Both the position numbers and the translations under genes were made by a program. The notes beneath the pieces were generated by a model. It was not told where the DNA came from and ran no database searches. It saw only the letters and a program-made list of their open reading frames with translations. A DNA stretch of 35,187 nt from Chitinophagales bacterium (lineage in GTDB: Bacteria; Bacteroidota; Bacteroidia; Chitinophagales; CAIODY01): contig DAIMNW010000002.1 in NCBI GenBank assembly GCA_036719905.1, forward strand, positions 1 to 35,187, read 5' to 3'. This document shows positions 19,310-27,179 of the stretch, piece after piece; position 1 is the stretch's first letter; every line of letters begins with the position of its first letter.

Positions 19310-20860
19310 TTACCCTACCTTAATCTCCTCTCCACTTTTATCAAATACTTTGTATTCGGTAAGCTGGAAATTTTCGTTGGGTTTTATGCTGATGAATTTT
19401 TTGTATTTCATCATCCACTTCATACTCTTGCTTACCAATCCTTTTTTCAAATAGCCATCTACAAACGGGTGTACCTCAAGGGCTACTTTGCTTTGATTGT
19501 TATGAATTAGAATGTTGTTTAAGTCACGTTCAATTTGCTCAATCAATAGTATGGATGCGCCTATTTTTCCTGTACCATTGCAAGTAGGGCAAACTTCACT
19601 CGTGGTAATTTTTACCTCGGGGCGTACCCGTTGACGGGTAAGTTGCAGAATACCAAACTTGCTAGGTGGCAATATGGTGTGCCTTGCACGATCCACTTTC
19701 ATGGCATCTTTCAAGGTGTTGTAAAGCAACTTGCGATTGTTCGGGTTTTTTAAATCAATAAAATCTACTACTACTATGCCGCCCAAATCGCGAAGGCGTA
19801 ATTGCCTGGCCAACTCAGTGGCTGCTTCCAAATTGTTTCGAAGGGCGCTTGCTTCCTGATCGCCTGAGCTGCCCATATTGTGGCCACTGTTTACATCTAC
19901 TACATGTAGCGCTTCGGTATGTTCTATTATCAAGGAACCACCGCCGGCCAAAGGAACTTCCTTGCCAAACGATTGTTTTATCTGCATAGTAACTCCATAG
20001 GCATCAAATATTGGGGTGTTGCCACTATAGTAGTGTACTATCTCAGCCTTGTCAGGGGCTATTTTTTGTAAAAATGCTTTTATATCCTGTTGGATGGCTT
20101 TATCATTAACCAGTATTTTGTTAAAGCTATCGTTGAGCAGATCGCGTAGTATGCTACTGGTTTTATTAATCTCACTCAATATTTTTTTAGGTGGAGTGGC
20201 ATTGAGCAACTCCTGTTTCATAGCCTCCCATTTCTGTTCCAAATCGGCTATGTCCTGATGTAGTTCGGCCGTGTTCTTTCCTTCGGCAGCGGTACGTACT
20301 ATCACCCCAAAGTTTTCGGGGCGAATGCTTTCAATTAGTTTTTGAAGACGTTGCCGCTCTTCTTTTTGGCCTATTTTTTTCGAAATAGAAATATAATTGT
20401 TGAAGGGCGTAAGCACCACGTATCGGCCTGGCAAAGAAATTTCGGCATTGAGCCGTGGGCCTTTGGTACTGATAGGTTCTTTAAGAATTTGAACCAGCAG
20501 CGGTTGTTTACTTTGCAATACCTGACCTATTCGCCCTATTTTTGGATTTTCGGGCTCAATAGTAAAACCTTTTAACCCCTTAGGGGTGTTGCCTGCCAAG
20601 GTGGCTTTAGTAAATTTTTGTAGGGAGCGAATGTTGGGCCCAAGATCAGTGTAATGTAAAAAAGCCTCCTTGTCGTGACCTACTGCCAAAAAAGCAGCGT
20701 TCAGACCGGACATTATTTTACTAACCTTGCCTAAGAAAATGTCGCCAACATTAAAGTTGCTGTCATTTGATTCGTAGTGTAGTTCTACTAGTTTACGCTC
20801 TTCCATGAGCGCAATCTCTACCCCACGTTCGGTGGAGTTTACAATAAGTTCTTTATTCAA
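19310..20860 (-). CDS. rng: Rne/Rng family ribonuclease (RNase G-like)
   Basis: S1 domain GDIFLGKVSKIMSGLNAAFLAVG, catalytic region HVVDVNSG and GGIVVVDFIDL, and Zn-link-like CPTCNGTG. 516 aa, so G-sized with no RNase E scaffold. Confidence 0.92.
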   Translation of the reverse strand: MNKELIVNSTERGVEIALMEERKLVELHYESNDSNFNVGDIFLGKVSKIMSGLNAAFLAVGHDKEAFLHYTDLGPNIRSLQKFTKATLAGNTPKGLKGFTIEPENPKIGRIGQVLQSKQPLLVQILKEPISTKGPRLNAEISLPGRYVVLTPFNNYISISKKIGQKEERQRLQKLIESIRPENFGVIVRTAAEGKNTAELHQDIADLEQKWEAMKQELLNATPPKKILSEINKTSSILRDLLNDSFNKILVNDKAIQQDIKAFLQKIAPDKAEIVHYYSGNTPIFDAYGVTMQIKQSFGKEVPLAGGGSLIIEHTEALHVVDVNSGHNMGSSGDQEASALRNNLEAATELARQLRLRDLGGIVVVDFIDLKNPNNRKLLYNTLKDAMKVDRARHTILPPSKFGILQLTRQRVRPEVKITTSEVCPTCNGTGKIGASILLIEQIERDLNNILIHNNQSKVALEVHPFVDGYLKKGLVSKSMKWMMKYKKFISIKPNENFQLTEYKVFDKSGEEIKVG

Positions 20861-21122
20861 AATGCAATAAATTTTGTTGCCCCGGGAATGGCCATTTTCC
20901 GAACCGTATCAGTTTGAATTATTTCATCGCATCAGATACAATAGCGAAAACAGGGTAAACATCACTTCAATAGTAAATTAACAGTATGCAAAAAGGGGAT
21001 TAATCTTTTGTACCGATAAAACACTTTTGAAACCAGAAAACTTCTTCGTCGTTAATAAATATAGCTTTGTTGCTATATGGCTTACTTACACTCTCACGTT
21101 TGCTGAGTAGGAAGGCCGGAGC

Positions 21123-21218
21123 TTATTTATTACGTTTTTTATGACGATTCTTACGCAATCGTTTTTTGCGTTTGTGAGTGGCAATTTTGTGACGTTTTCT
21201 CTTTTTTCCAGAAGGCAT
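21123..21218 (-). CDS. 31-aa highly basic mini-protein, bS22 / mS38 (AURKAIP1/COX24)-like ribosomal protein candidate
   Basis: Not in the supplied track (too short). My translation is MPSGKKRKRHKIATHKRKKRLRKNRHKKRNK*. It closely resembles the conserved Bacteroidota MPSGKKRKRHKMATHKRKKRLRKNRHK peptide and mycobacterial bS22 (..[20 protein letters not shown]..). Confidence 0.6.
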   Translation of the reverse strand: MPSGKKRKRHKIATHKRKKRLRKNRHKKRNK

Positions 21219-21263
21219 GATTAATAGATAAGTTTGTTTTTAAAAATTGATTTATACTAGAAT

Positions 21264-22106
21264 TTAATTCTTTAAAGCAGCGACCATGGCTTTTAGCTGT
21301 TCGCGAACTTTAGGGTCTTTTTGATAATTAATGGTATGTTCAAGGGCGGCGGCGGCTTCACTTTTCTTTCCTAGCGCCTGGTAAGCATCTGCTAACTTCA
21401 AGGCAGCCTGTAGATTTTGTGGCTCACCTCTTGTAACTATCAACAAACGCTTCACGGCTTTCTCATATTGCCCCGAAACGACCGCAAACTTACCTAAAAT
21501 ATAGTTAGCTTTCAAATTGTTAGAGTCTTTTCGTGTTATGGCTAGCAATATTTGTACGCCATTCATTATCTCTCCTTGTCCTTCCATATAGGTTTGGGCT
21601 AGAAGTACCTGATTATCAATATTGGCCGAATCGAGTTCGATGGCTCGTTGTAATATGTTAACAGCATTGGCCGATAAGGTACGGGCAATTGAGCTATCGG
21701 CGGCCGTGGTAAAGGCTCCAACCAATCGGCGACCGGCATCGTTATAATCGGCTAACTGCTTGGTTTGCAACGCTAATTGACGGCTATATTCTGCCGAAAT
21801 AATTTTGCTACCGGCACTATCCCATACTGCTATGAGTGAACGTAAAATGGTGGGCACTTCGCTGCTTCGGGCCGATTTTAATCGATTTTCCAACTCGGTG
21901 ATTCGTACTACATACTCAGCACCTATCTGTTTCTTAGCATTGGTAGCCAAGGGCTCTATCTTTATGCCATTGAGGGCTGGGGTTTCCAATGTGGCATTGC
22001 CAGGGGCGCCTGCATTTTTGGGACCCGATGTGGGGCCCAGAAAGTAAAGTAATGCTATTAACAGAACGGCCAGTAAGGCCAGAAAAAGGGGGGACTTAAT
22101 CTTCAA
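21264..22106 (-). CDS. Tetratricopeptide-repeat protein with N-terminal membrane anchor or signal
   Basis: N-terminal hydrophobic segment LFLALLAVLLIALLYFL. Repeated A..Y...G....A......L helical repeats (e.g. ADAYQALGKKSEAAAALEHTI). Its start overlaps the HU stop by 11 nt. Confidence 0.55.
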   Translation of the reverse strand: MKIKSPLFLALLAVLLIALLYFLGPTSGPKNAGAPGNATLETPALNGIKIEPLATNAKKQIGAEYVVRITELENRLKSARSSEVPTILRSLIAVWDSAGSKIISAEYSRQLALQTKQLADYNDAGRRLVGAFTTAADSSIARTLSANAVNILQRAIELDSANIDNQVLLAQTYMEGQGEIMNGVQILLAITRKDSNNLKANYILGKFAVVSGQYEKAVKRLLIVTRGEPQNLQAALKLADAYQALGKKSEAAAALEHTINYQKDPKVREQLKAMVAALKN

Positions 22107-22413
22107 ACTCCTTCTTTATATTTTTATCGTCGAACTTCTTACTTTTTATTTCCTGCATAAATTCTTTGGCCGGTTTAAATGCCGGTATATGGTGTTCAGG
22201 AATTTCAATGGCCAAATTGCGCTTGATATTACGGCCTACTTTGGCAGCTCTTTTTTTTAGGATAAAGCTTCCAAAGCCACGTACATAGATGTTTTCGCCG
22301 CTTTTCAAAGTGTCTTTTACTTCTTTGAAAAAAGCTTCGACGGTTACCAAAACATCTACTTTGGATACGCCGGTTTTCTCGGCTATTTGGTTAATTAAAT
22401 CTACTTTGCGCAT
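22096..22413 (-). CDS. HU family DNA-binding protein
   Basis: MRKVDLINQIAEKTGVSKVDV...VRGFGSFILKKRAAKVGRNIKRN..I.IP is the classic HU/IHF fold pattern. It has a short acidic/basic C-terminal extension. Confidence 0.88.
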   Translation of the reverse strand: MRKVDLINQIAEKTGVSKVDVLVTVEAFFKEVKDTLKSGENIYVRGFGSFILKKRAAKVGRNIKRNLAIEIPEHHIPAFKPAKEFMQEIKSKKFDDKNIKKEFED

Positions 22414-22501
22414 GGTGCAGAAATTTTAAGTTTTTGATTGGGAAAAAAAACATCAAATTCCCCGTTATAACTTGGACTAATTTTTTTGTATCACGGATGC
22501 T

Positions 22502-22532
22502 CAAAAATAATCAAAAATTATCAATTTTCAAA
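22502..22532 (-). promoter_or_regulatory. Candidate HU promoter: TTTG-N19-TATTTTTG
   Basis: On the minus strand, TTTG (22532-22529) is followed by exactly 19 nt and then TATTTTTG (22509-22502). Both Bacteroidota elements are present with consensus-like spacing, about 90 nt upstream of ATG 22413. Confidence 0.5.
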
Positions 22533-22627
22533 CACTTTAAATCTAATATCATTAAATAATACTTATAGTAAAGGGTTGTAATTGAGGGCTTTAAAACTAA
22601 CAAATCAGTAAATCACATCATTTTACC

Positions 22628-23695
22628 ATGCAAAACTATTCTTGGTTTAGTAAAAAATTATTGAGCTGGCATGCCCACGAACCTCGTGAATTGCCATGGA
22701 GGTATACCCGAGATGCCTATAAAATATGGCTTAGGGAAATAATCTTGCAGCAAACCAGGGTGGCTCAAGGCTTGCCCTATTACGAACGCTTTATTTCTAA
22801 ATACCCGACGGTTGGCCAGCTGGCGGCGGCTCAAGAAAAAGATGTTTTAAAGCTTTGGCAGGGCTTAGGATACTATTCCAGAGCTAGAAATCTGCTATTT
22901 ACTGCTAGAGATATTGTAAAAAATCATAAAGCCAAGTTTCCTAAAGGCTATGATAAGTTGCTCAAACTCAAAGGCATTGGGCAGTATACTGCGGCGGCTA
23001 TTGCGTCTTTTGCTTTTGATGAACCTGCGGCGGTGGTTGATGGCAATGTTTATCGTCTGCTTAGCCGTGTGTTTGGCATTGAAACCCCTATTGACAGCAC
23101 TCCGGGGAAAAAGGAGTTTGCTGCACTGGCACATCAACTTCTAGACAAAAAACTACCTGCCGACTATAATCAGGCCATTATGAACTTTGGTTCAACAGTT
23201 TGCAAAGCCGCCAATCCGCTTTGCCAAACCTGTGCCTTTAAAAGTAAGTGTGTGGCATTTAACTCACAAATAATTGACTTATTGCCGGTTAAGTCAAAAA
23301 AAATTAAGCTCAAACACCGCTACTTTCATTTTTTGGTCATTCAAAACTCCAAAGGCGAAGTGTTCTTTGAAAAGCGCACTCAGTCAGATATTTGGAAAGG
23401 GCTGTATCAATTTCCGCTACTGGAAAAGCAGAATGAAAAGGAATTTGAAACCCGGATAAACGCAGCAACTTTGAAAAAACTAAACGTGACCACACAAGCT
23501 AAAGGGGGTATAAAAGAAATTTACTCAAGCACCCAATTGCTCAGCCATCAAGTATTGCATGCCCGGTTTTTTAAAGTGGACGGCAATTTTACAAACCCTC
23601 TAAAAGGCATGGTTAAAGTAAATCTGAAGCAAATGAACAGTTTGCCACTACCAAGAATGCTAGCCGATTTTGTGGCCAGGCATTGGCCCCAATAA
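22628..23695 (+). CDS. mutY: A/G-specific adenine DNA glycosylase MutY
   Basis: WRYTRDAYKIWLREIILQQTRV, an HhH-GPD region (LKGIGQYTAAAI...DGNVYRL), the 4Fe-4S loop CKAANPLCQTCAFKSKC and a C-terminal NUDIX-like domain. Confidence 0.92.
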   Translation: MQNYSWFSKKLLSWHAHEPRELPWRYTRDAYKIWLREIILQQTRVAQGLPYYERFISKYPTVGQLAAAQEKDVLKLWQGLGYYSRARNLLFTARDIVKNHKAKFPKGYDKLLKLKGIGQYTAAAIASFAFDEPAAVVDGNVYRLLSRVFGIETPIDSTPGKKEFAALAHQLLDKKLPADYNQAIMNFGSTVCKAANPLCQTCAFKSKCVAFNSQIIDLLPVKSKKIKLKHRYFHFLVIQNSKGEVFFEKRTQSDIWKGLYQFPLLEKQNEKEFETRINAATLKKLNVTTQAKGGIKEIYSSTQLLSHQVLHARFFKVDGNFTNPLKGMVKVNLKQMNSLPLPRMLADFVARHWPQ

Positions 23696-23699
23696 TAAA

Positions 23700-25538
23700 T
23701 TACAAAGCCGGCACCGATCCATCGAGCAGACGGAAATTATTGGGGTAAAACTGCGGACGCTCAACAAACATATCGGCGTTGCCAAACCTTCGATGCATAA
23801 CCATTCGGCGAATGCTGGCGGTTAGAAAAATATAGGGTTGTTCGTTGTACACTATCTGTTGAAACTGTTTAACAAATTCAATGCGTCGTGATTCATTGGC
23901 ACAGTATCGGGTTGAATCAATCAAGGCATCTGTTTCAGCATTTCCAAAACCACCAAAATTGGAACCATTGTTTTTCCACGAATCGGTGCCCCATATTTGG
24001 GCAAAATCAGTAGACGTTGAGTTGCCGGCCCATGAGCCCAGCATCATATCAAAATCGTGATGCTTCGCCTTATCGATAGCCACCGATGCATCCATCATGT
24101 TTACTTCTGTTTTTACCCCGGCTTTATAAAAGCTTTCTTTCATGAGCATGGCCATCTCTTTCCAATCGGGCGACGAATTGTATATCATAATTTCAAATTC
24201 GAGATTAGTTTTTTGGCCATTAATCATTTTTTCACGTACCCCATCGGCATCTTTATCTTCCCATCCGGCATCGGTCAATAGTTTTTTGGCGGCCTCCATG
24301 TCCAACGGAATAGGAGTGAGCTGCTCATTAAATTCTCGTTGTTTCAATTGCTGAACCGGCCCTACCATCCTTTGTGCCTTGCCTTTGCTTAGCACATTTA
24401 CTATATCATCTACCGGTGCAAGCAAGGCCATGGCTTTACGAACTGCCTTGTCGGTAAAAATCATCTTGTGCTTTATGCCATCGGGCTTCATATTCATGCA
24501 GGCGAATGTATAGTTGAAAGTGGAAATAAACTGGCTATGATAATTCACATTAAATACCGAATCGGCCTGCATTTCCAGCAAAGCTTTGGTACTTAAAAAA
24601 GGGTTTACATCTACCGCTTGCGCTTTAAGGTCCAGTTTCTGAGCGTTTACATCTTTGTTTATTTTAAAAATGAGTTTATCGGGGTAGGCATGCTCCCATT
24701 CCTTGTCAGATTTAGCGCCCCACCAATTTTGTTTTTTTACCAATACCATCGACTGTCCGGGATCCCAGCTTGCCCATTGGTAAGGACCGGCGCCGTGAAG
24801 TTGGGTTATATCGTGACCATATTTATCATCGTTAAACGTGGCAGCCCAGGCTTTTAGATCATCGTGCTTATTGGCATCAAACAACTTATCGGCAAATTGC
24901 TCAAGAGAATAGTGCGATAGTACATCGTTGGGGTCATAAATCTTGCGCTCCATAATGCAGTAATCAGTCAGGAATACTTTGTTCTGAATATACACCTGAC
25001 GCATCTTGAATACAATTTTTGAATCGCTCAGGGTTTCCATGCCAATCAGATTTTTCAAATAGGGTTTTGCCTGCGGATTGTTGGTAAGCGGACAGGCATT
25101 GGCCTTCATACTAAAAACTACATCTGCGGCGGTTATAGGTGTGCCATCGTCCCATCTGGCTTCGGGCCGTAGCGTATAAGTATAGCTTAAATGGTCGGCC
25201 GATTCTTCGGGCTGGCCAACGGCCAAATCGGGGTCGCAGGCGTTGGTGCGCAGGTTGGTGCGCATTAGATATTTTTGGGTAAATGAATTCAAAAAGGAAC
25301 GGTCGCTAGTGTTACCATTGGTGGGGTGCATATTGTCGGGTTCGCCTATTACGTTGATTACCACTTCATTTTTATGACTCCACTGGGGTTGAAAATCTTT
25401 TGCATCAGGATTGTGTATGTAGAGGAGGGTTGACACCACCATGTCATTGCCACCTTTTTTATCTGTTAAATGGCATCCACTTAACCCAAAAACAAGCAGG
25501 ACCGGTAGCAAACCAATGGGTGATTTATTGATTTTCAT
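23700..25538 (-). CDS. ABC transporter substrate-binding lipoprotein, family 5 (peptide/nickel type), orphan
   Basis: Start moved to MKINKSPIGLLPVLLVFGLSGC (lipobox). About 610 aa with SBP_bac_5-like architecture. No permease or ATPase genes are adjacent. Confidence 0.72.
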   Translation of the reverse strand: MKINKSPIGLLPVLLVFGLSGCHLTDKKGGNDMVVSTLLYIHNPDAKDFQPQWSHKNEVVINVIGEPDNMHPTNGNTSDRSFLNSFTQKYLMRTNLRTNACDPDLAVGQPEESADHLSYTYTLRPEARWDDGTPITAADVVFSMKANACPLTNNPQAKPYLKNLIGMETLSDSKIVFKMRQVYIQNKVFLTDYCIMERKIYDPNDVLSHYSLEQFADKLFDANKHDDLKAWAATFNDDKYGHDITQLHGAGPYQWASWDPGQSMVLVKKQNWWGAKSDKEWEHAYPDKLIFKINKDVNAQKLDLKAQAVDVNPFLSTKALLEMQADSVFNVNYHSQFISTFNYTFACMNMKPDGIKHKMIFTDKAVRKAMALLAPVDDIVNVLSKGKAQRMVGPVQQLKQREFNEQLTPIPLDMEAAKKLLTDAGWEDKDADGVREKMINGQKTNLEFEIMIYNSSPDWKEMAMLMKESFYKAGVKTEVNMMDASVAIDKAKHHDFDMMLGSWAGNSTSTDFAQIWGTDSWKNNGSNFGGFGNAETDALIDSTRYCANESRRIEFVKQFQQIVYNEQPYIFLTASIRRMVMHRRFGNADMFVERPQFYPNNFRLLDGSVPAL

Positions 25539-25648
25539 ATTCTTATAGATTTGTTTAAAGCAATTTACCTTAATAAAGATAAGCACCTGCCTTAAGCAAA
25601 TGATTTTATGATGGGCAAAACATCTCCACATGCCAATATTGAATTTTC

Positions 25649-25656
25649 TATATTTG
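25649..25656 (+). promoter_or_regulatory. Candidate -7 box (TATATTTG) for the propeller gene
   Basis: Exact TAnnTTTG 20 nt upstream of ATG 25677. A second exact match, TAGATTTG, lies at 25546-25553. Confidence 0.4.
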
Positions 25657-25676
25657 AGTAAATTAAGACTCACACT

Positions 25677-27125
25677 ATGTTTGCTACTCTTTCATTTAAT
25701 TTTAAGTCAGTTACGAAAAGCTTCATACTAAGTGTATTGGGTTGCTGCATGTTTTTGAAACCAAGCTATTCTCAGGGTGTGTGGGCGCCCCTGGGTGGTA
25801 GCGCCGGCTTAGTGGCCAACAATATTGTGCAAGCCCTTTGTTATGACCCCTCAGGCAATGTATATGCTGTTGGCGATTTTAGCAATGATAGTTCAAAACG
25901 CTATGTGGCCAAGTACGATGGCACACAATGGACCGAGTTGGGCGGCCACAATTCACTTAAAGCCAATCAGCAACTACTCACCGTTGCTGCCGATAAGGCA
26001 GGCAATATTTACACTGCCGGCAGTATGACAAATTCATTAGGACAATGCTATGTGGCCAAGTGGGATGGCACTCAATGGACCGAGTTGGGTGGCCCCAATT
26101 CGCTGATGACCAATGGTGGTTTTGTGTTTACTATAACTACTGATAAGTATAATAACGTGTATGCAGGAGGCTCTATTAAAAATGCTACCGGGCAGTATTA
26201 TATAGCCAAGTGGGATGGTACCCAATGGACCGAAGTAGGTGGGCCGGGTGTATATCCCGGTTTCTTCACAGGTTACACAAGGGCCATGTGTGCCGATACA
26301 TTTGGAAATGTTTTTGCCGGTGGCGATTTTTCTAATGCCAACTCGTATCATTTTGTAGCCAAATGGGATGGCACCGCCTGGAGCGAACTTGGTGGCACCA
26401 ATTCATTAGGGCAAATTGATTATTGGCAAATAATTCTGGCCCTTACTTGCGACCGCACAGGCAATGTATATGTAGGCGGCGAATTACGAACCACCTCATT
26501 GAAACGATATGTGAAAAAATTTGATGGCACATCTTGGAGTCAGTTAAATGGCGCCATTCCGCTAAACGCTAACAATATGATTTTGAGCCTTGCCACCGAT
26601 AATTATAATGGTGTGTACGCCTGTGGAAACTTTACCGATGCTGCCAACGACACCTATGTGGCTTATTGGAACGATACGTTATGGAAAAAACTGGGCAACG
26701 CCACCCCTTCAGGCTCTAATGGAAGTATGAGTGCCGTAATTTTCAATCCCTATACAGCCAAAGTTTGTGTTGGAGGGGGCTTTCCTAACTCATTTGGCCA
26801 TCTCACAGTATATTCATTTCAAACCAATGTACCTGTGCTTACAACTGTGAGTGATGTGCCGGTGAATCAAACTTACACTGAATCCATAGCAGCGCCTAAT
26901 CCATTCTCTCAAAAAACGGTTATCAATTTGGAGAAAATAAACCAAGGGGAAGGCATTGATTTTCGCTTATACAATTCCATTGGTGCCATCTGTAAAACCT
27001 TGAGCATTGCCGGAACAAGCCAAATAGAGATTAACAAAGAAAACCTGACTCCGGGCCTTTATTTTTTTGAAGCCTATCAGGCCGCTGGTAAAATTGGCCA
27101 CGGTAGGCTCATGGTTGTTGAGTAA
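25677..27125 (+). CDS. Secreted beta-propeller repeat protein with T9SS C-terminal sorting domain
   Basis: Signal peptide, then six ~50-aa repeats each with Y(V/I)AKWDGTxWxELGG. The C-terminal ~80 aa (PNPFSQKTVINL...FRLYNSIGAI...LTPGLYFFEA...GRLMVVE) match the Por_Secre_tail/type A sorting pattern. Confidence 0.72.
   Translation: MFATLSFNFKSVTKSFILSVLGCCMFLKPSYSQGVWAPLGGSAGLVANNIVQALCYDPSGNVYAVGDFSNDSSKRYVAKYDGTQWTELGGHNSLKANQQLLTVAADKAGNIYTAGSMTNSLGQCYVAKWDGTQWTELGGPNSLMTNGGFVFTITTDKYNNVYAGGSIKNATGQYYIAKWDGTQWTEVGGPGVYPGFFTGYTRAMCADTFGNVFAGGDFSNANSYHFVAKWDGTAWSELGGTNSLGQIDYWQIILALTCDRTGNVYVGGELRTTSLKRYVKKFDGTSWSQLNGAIPLNANNMILSLATDNYNGVYACGNFTDAANDTYVAYWNDTLWKKLGNATPSGSNGSMSAVIFNPYTAKVCVGGGFPNSFGHLTVYSFQTNVPVLTTVSDVPVNQTYTESIAAPNPFSQKTVINLEKINQGEGIDFRLYNSIGAICKTLSIAGTSQIEINKENLTPGLYFFEAYQAAGKIGHGRLMVVE
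25902..26700 (+). repeat. Intragenic tandem repeat, period 147-156 bp (blade repeats)
   Basis: Repeat anchors are at 25902, 26049, 26199, 26352, 26508 and 26655. The first two 57-nt cores differ at only 7 positions by my count: TATGTGGCCAAGTACGATGGCACACAATGGACCGAGTTGGGCGGCCACAATTCACTT versus TATGTGGCCAAGTGGGATGGCACTCAATGGACCGAGTTGGGTGGCCCCAATTCGCTG. Confidence 0.8.
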
Positions 27126-27179
27126 TTTCTGCACAGCAAATTCATAAACCGATAGCCGAATTATTTTTACTTTGCATTC

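Noticed and set aside
20887-20896. Perfect 10-bp palindrome AATGGCCATT just upstream of the rng start
   Set aside because: It has no loop, so it is not an RNA hairpin. It occurs once and is short enough to arise by chance, and there is no second copy in the window.
21059-21078. Hairpin ATATAGC-TTTGTT-GCTATAT about 45 nt downstream of the bS22-like ORF (possible terminator on the minus strand)
   Set aside because: A 7-bp AT-rich stem followed only by TTATT is too weak to call a terminator with confidence. If real, it would argue against read-through into rng.
25539-25673. 45-aa N-terminal extension of the SBP ORF, and likewise 15312-15350 for the LTD protein
   Set aside because: The internal Mets are followed by canonical signal peptides (MKINKSPIGLLPVLLVFGLSGC and MKKIILLIGGIILFHNSLWAQ). 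The extensions are hydrophobic-poor junk that would bury the signal peptide.
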